From the NCBI GenBank assembly GCA_963833425.1, contig CAWHXP010000007.1:64001-128000 (forward strand): a DNA stretch of 64,000 nucleotides, written 5' to 3'. This DNA comes from an uncultured Methanosarcinaceae archaeon. GTDB taxonomy: Archaea; Halobacteriota; Methanosarcinia; Methanosarcinales; Methanosarcinaceae. A model generated the notes under the pieces. The model made no database searches, had not been told where the DNA came from, and saw only the letters and a list, made by a program, of their open reading frames with translations. A program made the position numbers and the translations under genes. Of the stretch, positions 30,793-40,649 are shown in pieces. The number at the start of each line of letters is the position of its first letter. The stretch's first letter is position 1.

Positions 30793-33162
30793 TCACTGTC
30801 GGGCCATGGCAATACGCATCGCAGCTTCCTGATTTTCTATCAACTGACCGCTCACGTCCACGGTCACGCGGTGGATTTTGCCTGTGAACTCAAAGGGGGG
30901 ACTGTAGTCTGGTGTGACTGGTGATCTATGAGCTGAGCCACAGGTTACTCCACCAGTTAACCCTAATGCAAATGGAGTAGTCACAGGTACATCAATTTGA
31001 CCGACTAACTTCTCATTTATAAAAAGCTTAGCAATTCCAGGTGAACCCTTACCATTAGCAAGATCTGGCTGATCTGTTACCTCAAACTCAAAGCCAAGTT
31101 GATGCCTCCCTTCAGGAACATTTTCATTGGATTCTATATGATAGAAAGCCCTAGATACATAGTTGTGTACCCAGTGAAGCTTCCCATCTTTGACATAGAA
31201 TGAATAACCGCCATCCATACCACCATGAGAGAGCAAAATTCCTTCAGCTCCTCCTACAGGGATCTCAACATCGGCTATAATACTATGTGGGCGGTTGAGA
31301 ACGTTGACTGCTACAGTTGCGGGGATCTCCTGAGTGCCGGGATAATAGGTGTAGCGCATGCTATTTATTGCAATAGCTGGTCTTTGATCGGCAATACGCA
31401 GAACTCCTCGACTATCGATAGGTAGCACGTTATACTTTCCGGCTTCTGCATACCAGGTGGCAACCATCTCAATCAATTTAGGTCGATTATCTGTAGCAAT
31501 ATTGTGATTCTCTGCCCAATCCTTCTCAACATGATAAAGCTCCCAGCCTTTTGCGTCAAGCTCAGTCAATTTATCCGCAGAAATTGGTTCTCCAAAAGGT
31601 TTTCCGGCTTCAGTGAAAGAAGGGCCAGGCCATGGACATACGGCACGCCAGCCATCATGATATAGTGAGCGGTGTCCCATCATCTCAAAGTACTGGGTAT
31701 GGTGCTTGGTTGGTGCGTTGGCATCGCCAAATGTATGTGCAAAACTTACCCCTTCAATAGGTGATTGGCTTACACCTTTGATTATTGTCGGAGGTTCAAT
31801 TCCCAGGCATTCCAGAACTGTAGGTACCATATCAATAGCGTGAGCATACTGAGTTCGAATTCCGCCTTTAGCTTTTATTCCTCTGGGCCAATGGACTATA
31901 AAGGGATCGCTGACACCACCGCGATAAGTCTCTCGTTTCCATCGACGGAAGGGGGTATTTCCAGCAAATGTCCAGCCCCATGAATAATGGTTATAAGTCT
32001 CTGGACTCCCTAGTTTATCTAGAGCTGCGAGGTTTTCCTCGAGAGATTCAGACACATTATTGAAAAATCTGGACTCATTAATTGATCCAGTGGGACCACC
32101 TTCAGCGCTTGCCCCGTTATCAGAAATTACCATGATCAACGTATTCTCAAACTCACCAATATCTTTTAGAAATTGCAACAACCGACCAATGTGGTAATCT
32201 GTATGTTCCAGGAATCCAGCAAAGACTTCCATCATACGAGCATAGAGTTTCTTCTCTTCAGGTGAGCATTGGCCCCAGGGCTCGACATCTGGATCATGGC
32301 GAGACAGCTCTGTTTCTTTTGGAATTATACCAAGTCCCTTCTGCCGGGCTAATGTCTTCTCCCGGTAAACGTCCCAACCATCATCGAACTTTCCTTTGTA
32401 TTTGTCTGCCCATTCTTTAGGAACGTGGTGAGGGGCATGCATAGCTCCTGGACAGAAGTACATAAAAAATGGCTTGCTGGGTGCGACTTGTTTGGAATCA
32501 GCAATGAACTGGATAGCCTTATCCACTATATCCTCATTCAATGTGTAACCCTCTTCTGGAGTTTTTGGAGGGTCTATGGGATGATTATCATATATAAGCT
32601 CAGGATAATACTGGTTTGTCTCACCTCCTAAAAAACCGTAAAAGCGCTCAAAACCCCGTCCCAAAGGCCATCTGTCATAAGTTCCCGCTGCCGAGATCTG
32701 TTCTGCAGGCGTCAGATGCCATTTGCCAATAGCATAAGTGTTGTAACCGTGCTGCAGAAGCATCTCCGACAAAAAGCCATTCTCAAAAGGTATATTGCCG
32801 TTATAGCCTGGATAGCCAGTCGAACCCTCGGTGATGCAGGCCATGTTGTTTGAATGATGGTTTCTGCCGGTAAGCATGCATGAGCGACTAGGAGAGCACA
32901 GAGCAGTAGTATGCATATTGCTGTAAGCAATACCATCAGCAGCCAAACTATCAAGGTTGGGTGTATGTATAGGGCTACCATAGCACCCTAGTTGTCCAAA
33001 TCCTGTGTCATCCAGCACAATGAACAGTACGTTAGGAGCGCCCTCTTTAGCACGCAGCGGTTTTGGCCAAGCTGGCTCCGACTGATCTTCTGTGCGTCCG
33101 ATTACGCCTGGAAAAGTGGTTCCTGGCTTGTATTCTTTCAATGACAAATCTATTTCCTCCAA
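30793..33162 (-). CDS. Arylsulfatase (Cys-type formylglycine sulfatase)
   Basis: PNVLFIVLDD, LCSPSRSCMLTGR (CxPxR), IGKWHL, HAPH, SDNG; the true start is probably the TTG at 33147 behind GGAGG. Confidence 0.95.
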   Translation of the reverse strand: MEEIDLSLKEYKPGTTFPGVIGRTEDQSEPAWPKPLRAKEGAPNVLFIVLDDTGFGQLGCYGSPIHTPNLDSLAADGIAYSNMHTTALCSPSRSCMLTGRNHHSNNMACITEGSTGYPGYNGNIPFENGFLSEMLLQHGYNTYAIGKWHLTPAEQISAAGTYDRWPLGRGFERFYGFLGGETNQYYPELIYDNHPIDPPKTPEEGYTLNEDIVDKAIQFIADSKQVAPSKPFFMYFCPGAMHAPHHVPKEWADKYKGKFDDGWDVYREKTLARQKGLGIIPKETELSRHDPDVEPWGQCSPEEKKLYARMMEVFAGFLEHTDYHIGRLLQFLKDIGEFENTLIMVISDNGASAEGGPTGSINESRFFNNVSESLEENLAALDKLGSPETYNHYSWGWTFAGNTPFRRWKRETYRGGVSDPFIVHWPRGIKAKGGIRTQYAHAIDMVPTVLECLGIEPPTIIKGVSQSPIEGVSFAHTFGDANAPTKHHTQYFEMMGHRSLYHDGWRAVCPWPGPSFTEAGKPFGEPISADKLTELDAKGWELYHVEKDWAENHNIATDNRPKLIEMVATWYAEAGKYNVLPIDSRGVLRIADQRPAIAINSMRYTYYPGTQEIPATVAVNVLNRPHSIIADVEIPVGGAEGILLSHGGMDGGYSFYVKDGKLHWVHNYVSRAFYHIESNENVPEGRHQLGFEFEVTDQPDLANGKGSPGIAKLFINEKLVGQIDVPVTTPFALGLTGGVTCGSAHRSPVTPDYSPPFEFTGKIHRVTVDVSGQLIENQEAAMRIAMARQ

Positions 33163-33229
33163 TAGTTAGTTGATATTTTTGGAAATTAATTTCTTGCCTG
33201 ATTAATAAATTGAAGAAACAAAATTGTTT

Positions 33230-33249
33230 CCAGAGAGTTTACTCTCTGG
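33230..33249 (-). terminator. Hairpin between the DUF1269 and arylsulfatase genes
   Basis: Perfect inverted repeat CCAGAGAG-TTTA-CTCTCTGG. Confidence 0.45.
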
Positions 33250-33274
33250 TAGAAACTGATTTGTTTGGTGGGCT

Positions 33275-33763
33275 TTATTCTTCAGCAAAAGCTGCACGCA
33301 TCTTTTCTTCTTCTTCCTTGGATAGGTTGGTAGCAATGATTTCAAACTTGGACTTTTTCATAGCTTCTACTACCCTATCTTCCACGGCATCGCTAGTCAT
33401 AAGAAAGAGAGCTGAAGTTCCTTCAGTCACTTTGCTACGGATAGATTTTATGAAATCTTCATCGATCCCCATATGTTTCATTGAACCCACTACCGCACCT
33501 AACGCAGCCCCAGCTACTAGACCAACCAGAGGAATAAAGAAGAGAATACCAAATAATAACCCCCAAAAAGCACCACTCAGTGCGCCTATGCGAGTTAAAT
33601 TAGTCAAGTGTTTTGTTTTTGGTTTAGTTTTCCCCTCAGGCCATGTGACTATAGCTGCATCGTGTAGTTTTATCATTTGTTGTTTACTTAAGTCCTCAAT
33701 CACTTCAAGTTCATTTTCTGCACCATCAGCGTTGTCAAACTTAAGAACTGTTAAAGTTGTCAT
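33275..33763 (-). CDS. DUF1269-domain membrane protein
   Basis: DAAIVTW, GALSGAFWGLLFGILFFIP, GIDEDFIK...GTSALF; RBS AGGAGA. Confidence 0.88.
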   Translation of the reverse strand: MTTLTVLKFDNADGAENELEVIEDLSKQQMIKLHDAAIVTWPEGKTKPKTKHLTNLTRIGALSGAFWGLLFGILFFIPLVGLVAGAALGAVVGSMKHMGIDEDFIKSIRSKVTEGTSALFLMTSDAVEDRVVEAMKKSKFEIIATNLSKEEEEKMRAAFAEE

Positions 33764-34201
33764 TAATCAATCTCCTTTTCTGCGTTCATATTTACTTCTC
33801 AGCTCATTGTGCTAGCTACCTATCAAAAAGAAAATCTTTTTGCAATCTTCAATCTGAGAGCTGCTAAATGTAGAAAGGGCAGAATAAATATACTTATCAG
33901 CTGGTAATATAGATTACTTACTCTTCAGCTAGGTTTATCAACAAGGTTGTTATCCGTTGATTAGAAGATCCAGTAATAATTCTAATACTTTTTACAATTT
34001 CATTGTGCATTCTCTCTCTCAGAATCTCCTCTATAACCGTGACTTAGGACTTTACCATAGGCTTCTAATACGTTCTGTTCTCGTGAATCAAACTTAAAGA
34101 AATTTACGCGACAAAGCTATTGTTTTCGATAATATCGATTTATAACTTTGTGGTTCTTATCTGACACTTTATATTTACATTAATTTTATCGTTTGCAATC
34201 T

Positions 34202-34584
34202 TTATTCGATTGTTAAGATTTGTATTTTTAAAGTAGGATATCCTTCATAAAAATTGTCACATAACACAGTTACAGTGGGACTTTTACCCCGTTGTCTCAT
34301 GTTTTTATCATCCCACATTTTTCTAACTCATCCAATGCTTTAGGAAAAGACCAACCAGGGATAGGTAGAAATGAGTTTATACCCTTCAGGGTGACTACTA
34401 AATCATTAGATTTCTTCACACCTTTTAAATGCCAAATATACATAGCTACCCTGTATGTATGCCCCACTGAATTAGAAGGTAACTTTATAATCCACTCTGC
34501 AGGCATTTGGGATATGAAAGATCCTTTTATTTTCTCTTTAGGATTCACCAACATTATCTTACTCCCATTTAATATCATTATCAA
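34202..34584 (-). pseudogene. Winged-helix DNA-binding protein of mobile-element type, with a 1-nt frameshift
   Basis: FISQMPAEWI...VAMYIWHLKGVKKS...KALDELEKCGMIK; restoring one A in a 5-A run continues as RQRGKSPTVTVL, a typical wing. Confidence 0.55.
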
Positions 34585-34658
34585 ATATTAAGAAGAAATA
34601 AAGAAGATATATTAAAGAAATATAAGTAGTAAAACCGATATCATGAGACTACAGAATC

Positions 34659-34761
34659 TAGCTGTATAGCGAATTAATTTTAGCTGCGGGGCGAAATATA
34701 TTTTGCCGTGCAGCCAATTAATATTGCTCTACAGCTAAATTGGAATTTGGCTCTGCAACTA
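34659..34761. promoter_or_regulatory. Iteron-like array of five 15-bp boxes, also forming a long imperfect palindrome
   Basis: TAGCTGTATAGCGAA and TAGCTGCGGGGCGAA (+); TGGCTGCACGGCAAA, TAGCTGTAGAGCAAT and TAGTTGCAGAGCCAA (-); spacing 21-24 bp. Confidence 0.55.
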
Positions 34762-34830
34762 AATCGAAAAGTCTACCTAGGGTCTTTGAGCCTCATTTAT
34801 GATGGTTTTACTTCTTGTTTTACCTCTTTG

Positions 34831-35680
34831 GGTTCCGTTGCAAAAAATCCTTTCTAATAATACAATAGAATAAAAAAAATCAAAGATAGCAACTGCTATC
34901 TAATTCCTTTAAATGGAAGCATTATGAAGGAGAAATTATCCTATTGAATGTAAGATGGTACTTAAAATATGCATTAAGTTATAGAAATTTAAAGGAAATG
35001 ATGATAGAAAGAGGAATTCAAGTTGATCACAGTACTATAATGAGACGGGTACATCAATATTCCCCTGAAATAGAAAAAAAAATAAGAAGATATTTAAGAC
35101 CAACAAATGATTCGTGGAGAGTTGATGAAACCTATATCAAAGTAAAAGGTAAATGGAAATATTTTTACCGAGCAGTTGACTCAAATGGAGATACAATTGA
35201 CTTCATGTTAAGTTCAAAACGAAACCGAAAAGCTGCGAAGAGATTTTTTAAAAAAGCTTTAAGTTCTAATCATAATCAAACTCCAAGAGTAATAACCGTT
35301 GATAAAATCCAGCTTATCCACCTGCTATAGATAAACTAAAAATTGATAAAATACTATCTAAAAACGTAGGCATTCGACAAATCAAGTATTTGAATAACAT
35401 TATAGAACAAGATCATAGATCTATAAAGCGAATCGTTAATCCAATGTTAGGATTTCAGTCTTTTAGATCTGCTAGTAAGACTTTAAAAGGAATTGAAGCT
35501 ATAAATATGATCAAAAAAGGACAAGTAATCGATCTAAATTACTCTGTTCTTAATGAAGTCAAATACATTAATCAATTATTTGGTATAGTTTTATAATGTT
35601 AGTATATTTTCCTTGAATATTTTGACTTTTATTAATTACTTATAGATTTACATATTTTTTTGAAGTTTTTGCAACGAACC
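34831..35680 (+). mobile_element. IS6-family insertion sequence, transposase frameshifted (copy 2)
   Basis: Direct repeat of 29793-30642; right TIR lacks one G (GCAACGAACC). Confidence 0.93.
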
Positions 35681-35686
35681 GTAAAT

Positions 35687-36034
35687 CTAATTAAGGTATC
35701 CTTTTCTTTCGAGCCACTCAACCTGCGGTCTTGTATATTTCCATGTGATGTCGGCTTTTGAATCTTGAATTTCCCAGGGGTTTGCTATGACAATATCACC
35801 TTCACGAACCCACATTTTTTTATGCTTGGAACCGGGAATTCTTCCCATTCGGACCACCCCGTCCATACATTGCAGTGTGACTCTTTTTGATCCAAGTAAA
35901 CTTGCTACAGTTGCCAATACCTCGTTTTTGTCCTTTCGAGGGGTTCGTACTCTTGTTACTTCAGTGGCATCTTCTGAACTTACTGGATTGGATCCTGCTT
36001 TTCTTTTTCTGATGGTGCTTCTATAATTAGCCAA
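35687..36034 (-). CDS. eif1a: Translation initiation factor aIF-1A
   Basis: [23 protein letters not shown]...[13 protein letters not shown]...WKYT...WLERKGY. Confidence 0.95.
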   Translation of the reverse strand: MANYRSTIRKRKAGSNPVSSEDATEVTRVRTPRKDKNEVLATVASLLGSKRVTLQCMDGVVRMGRIPGSKHKKMWVREGDIVIANPWEIQDSKADITWKYTRPQVEWLERKGYLN

Positions 36035-36233
36035 ATCAAGTCATCCTTTGCTTGTTTTTCTCAATAGATTTAAGATTTGATGAACTTTTCTACTCTCTCA
36101 TTCTCAACGAGTTGTTTTTATCATTAATTTGTTTAGATTGAAGGATAAAATGCAGGAACAGAAGACCAAAAACAAAGATGACAAGAAACAAAAAGTGAAA
36201 ATAAATCAAGTGTTAATCTAAACAAAGTAATAG

Positions 36234-36320
36234 AAAGTATTTCGATAAATCTATGAATTTTACGAGTCATTTGTATACCGTTTATATGCACATAACTAGT
36301 GCAATGATTTATCAAAATTC
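36234..36320. mobile_element. Degenerate copy of the ~90-bp MITE at 8311
   Basis: ATTTCGATAAA end, shared internal TTTTACGAGTCATTT, and TTTATCAAAAT right end. Confidence 0.5.
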
Positions 36321-37051
36321 GATAAATTTCAAATTATTAAATGCAAATCCGAAATGCTGTGGTTAGTTTCGCTTCCGCTTTAAAGGGAAATGATAAATTA
36401 AAAATAAGATTGTATAAAATTATTATTTAAAAACAAAAATGAGTTTTCAATAACAGTTATACTTCTCTTTATTTTCAACGTATTAAAATGTATTTTTAAT
36501 TATATAAAATTTTCTCTGGAAAATTATATTTCCAATCTGCTGTTGTTCCGGAAGCCTACTCCTGTTCATTTCCAATTTTTCTCGATGTTCACAAAAAAAA
36601 CTTCAGTATACACGTATGATTCCCATTTTTTGTAATTGCCTCTAGAAATTCAACATTTTAAATTTAAAGTTAAAATTGTGCATATTCTTCACTAAAATAT
36701 TTTAGAATTCTGTAAAAAAATATATTTTTGAGATTACATATTTAATCGAGCTTTGTGCTAGATTTCTTTCTCTATTGAATTTCCTTAATTGCTTAAATAG
36801 TAAATTTATTGGAATATTGGATATGATGATTGTATTCTAAAATATAGAGGCCTTGCAAAGTATGATTTGGAATGGTTTTGTATTTTAAGATCATCTTATG
36901 CAATGTCCAGTTTTCTATATTTATCTCGTTCTATATTCATAAGATATCGCGCGAATGATAAGTCTAGTTTGTCTATTAAATCTCCTTTTCTATCTGTTGT
37001 TCATTTATTATTCCAGCTAATAGTAGTGTACGACGTTTCTCTACCAGACTT

Positions 37052-38029
37052 TTAAGGATAATTTACATTTACTCCGAGAATTTCTTTCTTTCCGCCAAAA
37101 ACATCTCTTGCTATCTCGGCACAGCCTATAGCAGCATGCCACCTCCCTAAACACAAGCATTCATGTCCTAGGTGTCTATTTATTTTCTTTTGTACATATT
37201 CTACTTCTGCTATATAGCCTGCAAGGAAGATCTCATCGATTGTTCCATAATCTTTGAGAAAGAGTCGCATTGACGCTATTTCCATAGCTGCAAACAGAGC
37301 TACAGTATCTAGAGCAAGGATAGCCAAACTTTCCCCTTTTTTGGCTGCAATGAGTAATTCTTCACGATTTTCAAATGGGGTCATCTTCAGAACACCCGCC
37401 TCAATAAAAGCTTGGTTTGCCGTCTGGAGCCCGCAGTCTACGTTTCTGATTGCTTGCAGGTCAAGAGGACCTTGATAAATTCCGGGAGCAAATATACAAG
37501 CATCGATTGCACCAATTACTTTTCCTGCAGCAATGGCAACTGTAACAGTATTTGAGCTAATATCCGAAACTACGAAATTCTTATAGCCAAGACATAGAAT
37601 ATGATAAGCAATCCCAAGTTTTTCTGGACTTGTTAGGTGAGAAAAAACTTTCATACGAGGATCCACTTTACTTGCTGTATGGAGACCAGGGATTGCTACT
37701 GCAGGAATCTTTGAGTAACGGATAGCATCAAAAACTTTTGTACCTCCCCCTATCTTTTTCCCTGCTCCTTCTATACTCTTGATTCCTCTTCCTTTTAAGT
37801 TCCTTACGTCCACAATTGTGGAAAAATCATCTCCCATTGAGTAGGTCAGCGCGACCAGATCAATAAATCTGCGCTGAATTTTAAAGTTATCTTCAACAGA
37901 TGTTAGTATCTCATTTTCGGACATATAAGCTGCTTTAGCTCTTTCAAGTTCAAAGGTCAGAACCCTGTCTTCTTCTATCAGAGCAAAACGTATGGCTGTC
38001 GTTCCATGATCAATTCCTATAAACGCCAA
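37052..38029 (-). CDS. Methanogenesis marker 12 protein (UPF0285, ASKHA fold)
   Basis: FIGIDHGTTAIRF, TYSMGD, IPGLH, SPEK, DISSNTVT and AIDAC. Confidence 0.9.
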   Translation of the reverse strand: MAFIGIDHGTTAIRFALIEEDRVLTFELERAKAAYMSENEILTSVEDNFKIQRRFIDLVALTYSMGDDFSTIVDVRNLKGRGIKSIEGAGKKIGGGTKVFDAIRYSKIPAVAIPGLHTASKVDPRMKVFSHLTSPEKLGIAYHILCLGYKNFVVSDISSNTVTVAIAAGKVIGAIDACIFAPGIYQGPLDLQAIRNVDCGLQTANQAFIEAGVLKMTPFENREELLIAAKKGESLAILALDTVALFAAMEIASMRLFLKDYGTIDEIFLAGYIAEVEYVQKKINRHLGHECLCLGRWHAAIGCAEIARDVFGGKKEILGVNVNYP

Positions 38030-38052
38030 TTAGCGATCTCTCCTTTATTTTC

Positions 38053-38406
38053 TTAGAGGGATGTCCTTAAGTTCTCATTCAATTCTTTCATGATTCTGTC
38101 TCCCTCTTCAGTGGTTCCAACTGTTGTTACAATCCGCACTTTCTGGTAACTACTGCCTTTAGAGATCAATAGTCTCAAATTACCTCTAACATCCGAACGC
38201 AAAATTTTTCCAGTAAGACTTCCTCCTGGGACACCTTTTACGGAAATTACGGATGGAATTACCTTTTTTATCTCAGGGTGCTGGCTAACTAGTTTTACGA
38301 GTTTTTTTCCAGCTCTTCCCCCGATGATAGTAGTATGAACTCCACCAAGTTTATTTTTTGGGGAATTTTGTGCCTGTTCTCGCAAACCGCTTTTATTTTT
38401 AGTCAT
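38053..38406 (-). CDS. DUF2103-domain protein
   Basis: KLGGVHTTIIGGRAG...IKKVIPSVI...RGNLRLLI. Confidence 0.85.
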   Translation of the reverse strand: MTKNKSGLREQAQNSPKNKLGGVHTTIIGGRAGKKLVKLVSQHPEIKKVIPSVISVKGVPGGSLTGKILRSDVRGNLRLLISKGSSYQKVRIVTTVGTTEEGDRIMKELNENLRTSL

Positions 38407-38625
38407 TTGTAGCCAACCAGGATTGTCAAGGTAATTTTCCAGTTTTTTTATTTTTATTCTGTATACCTATAGTGGTGCCAGATGCCCAGGAAAGGAGACA
38501 TTTTATCAATTTTTGGCTTTTTGATTTATTTGAGTTGTAGAATTGTTTAAAATAATGATTATTTTTTGCGATTCAATACGATATTAAAAAATATCCAGGA
38601 AAGTTTTTTTCAGCTTTAGAACATT

Positions 38626-39748
38626 CCGATTTACTTATATTTTTCTCCGCATGAATCCGGCCTAAATCTTTCGCGCTAATTTTCTGTGTTTGACTCGATT
38701 TTTTTATCTGGCTTTTTATTCTTTGATTTTCAACGCTAGTCCCCGATATCCTTAAAATACTCCTTTTATTTTTAATGTCATAAAATGATAGATATTATGA
38801 CAAAAAGCTGTACACACCATCTTTAGATCCACTTTTTGAACATTAGCGACAAAAACTTTTCCTGCTTTGAATATTTATAGCTACTGAATAAATTCATTCC
38901 CCTAAAGCTTTTTTCAAGATATTCTCTTGTTTCATAATATACCACTCCTTCCCAAATGATACTCTTTTAGTGCTCTTTTCATCATTGTATCATAACCTTT
39001 TGATTTCGCTTTTAGCATCTTTTGTCTCTGTAAACCTTTCATTTTTTTCGGATAAATTTACCTTTGAACCATGACATGATTTAGTTGTTATTTTGAATCT
39101 TCTGATTAGCTCATAATCCCGGACTATTATGCTATGAAGTTTGTATCTAAAGTGTGGATTATCACGTTTTTAGTCCAGGCTCCTTCTCTTCTTCTCTTGT
39201 TTTCGCTTCATTTACTCGAGGTTTATCCGATTTTTCATATACAGGATCTGAATCGATAAAGTAGAGTTCTGAATTAATACCTTTTTTATTTTCAAAACAA
39301 GGTACTTAAATTGACTTTTTAGCTGCCCCCATATTTCTTTTTCTTTGCATTTATCAATAATTCTCTTTCTGAATGGCCAAACTGTAATACCGTCTAGTAT
39401 GTATTCAGGGAAATCAAGAAATTTCTCTAAAAAAATTCAATCAATAATTTGTTTCTTAAGTGCAAAGTCGGAAAGACAACGCAATTGCTGTAAAAAAAGT
39501 ATTTTAGACATAATAATTGTGTCATTTCCATATCCGCCTAACAAAACTATTTTGTTACAAATGTATGAAATCAAATTGATATGAAAAAATTTCAATCAAT
39601 TAATTAATCAATTTCATCAAGTTTGTCTTCACCTGACTAAAGACATTTATATTTTTCTTTAAGAGCAAAATTAGTCAGAGTTTTCATGAGAACAAATCAA
39701 TATTAAGAGATTTAAACTACCCAATAATCAAGCATAAAAGTTTATCAA
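38626..39748 (-). mobile_element. Heavily degraded family-B IS5 remnant, inverted twin of 44382-45504
   Basis: Homologous to 21243-22378 (MKTLTNFALKEKYK...) with many stops; reverse complement nearly identical to 44382-45504. Confidence 0.88.
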
Positions 39749-39831
39749 GATACAGTACCTGAATTCTGGATCACTCCCTAGTTCTTTCTTCAAACAACTT
39801 TTTTCCTGAAAATCCAGTTTCTCATCTAAAA

Positions 39832-40320
39832 TTAAATTTTTTCAAGTTCCTTCACATCTATAAGTTTGATATTTTTTTCTTCAAGTGTTTTTATCGCTGC
39901 GTCTATATCGCTAACTCTGACTATCAGTAGGGCTTTCTGATTCCTGGTCACAAAAGCATAAGCATATTCAAGATTTATTTTAGCTTCACCAAACACTTCT
40001 GCAATATGAGACATGCTCCCAGGTAGATCTTTCATTTCAATCCCCAGCACATTTGTTTCGGAAACGGTAAATCCAGAAGCATGAAGAACATTATAAGCAT
40101 ACTCAGAATTGTCCACAACCATACGGATTATTCCGAAGTCACCTGATTCAGCAATAGTAAATGCTTTTATATTTATCCCAGCGCTTTTTAACTTATTTGC
40201 TACGTTTGCGAGTCTACCAGGTTTGTTTTCCGCAAAAAGGGAAATCTGTTTTAGAATCTTATGTTTTGTGCCAGTATCCATGTCTTTGGGTCCCCTGTCT
40301 TTTTTCTGCTCTTTTTTCAT
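39832..40320 (-). CDS. Tandem ACT-domain protein
   Basis: KQISLFAENKPGRLA...INIKAFTIAESGDFGIIR...DLPGSM...INLEYAYAF; typical partner of paaK. Confidence 0.9.
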   Translation of the reverse strand: MKKEQKKDRGPKDMDTGTKHKILKQISLFAENKPGRLANVANKLKSAGINIKAFTIAESGDFGIIRMVVDNSEYAYNVLHASGFTVSETNVLGIEMKDLPGSMSHIAEVFGEAKINLEYAYAFVTRNQKALLIVRVSDIDAAIKTLEEKNIKLIDVKELEKI

Positions 40321-40389
40321 CCTTTAAATCTTTTTTTCAGAATATAATATCAACTTTTTTATACTTTAAGTTTACATTATATACTCTGT

Positions 40390-40515
40390 GAATGAATGCA
40401 TATGTAGAATTCTTTCGGCTATTTATCCATCATTATTTATTGAAAATTGGATTAATTTTTAAGTTCTGCCATATTGTGAAAATAAGTCCCATTCTTGTGT
40501 ACATCTATGGCGATT
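40390..40515 (-). repeat. ~130-bp dispersed element (TGTGTACATCTG family)
   Basis: Reverse complement AGATGTACACAAGAATG...CTTAAAAATTAATCCAATTTTCAATAAATAA...AATTCTACAT aligns with 59387-59525. Confidence 0.6.
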
Positions 40516-40649
40516 TATTTGTATTATTTACGGCTTAACTTTGTCTCGACCTCTTTATTCGAATAGAACTCTAAAATAGATCAAATTCAAAAAAGAAGAA
40601 TTTGAATTAGTGGGGCATTCAGCAAGTTTTATGTGTACGCAATACGTAT

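Noticed and set aside
33210..33815. 201-aa plus-strand ORF, and similar ORFs such as 42602-43135
   Set aside because: Antisense to well-supported genes (DUF1269, DHH).
39345..39584. Identical 79-aa ORFs at 39345 (+) and 44546 (-) as a duplicated gene
   Set aside because: They are antisense readings of the degraded IS5 transposase.
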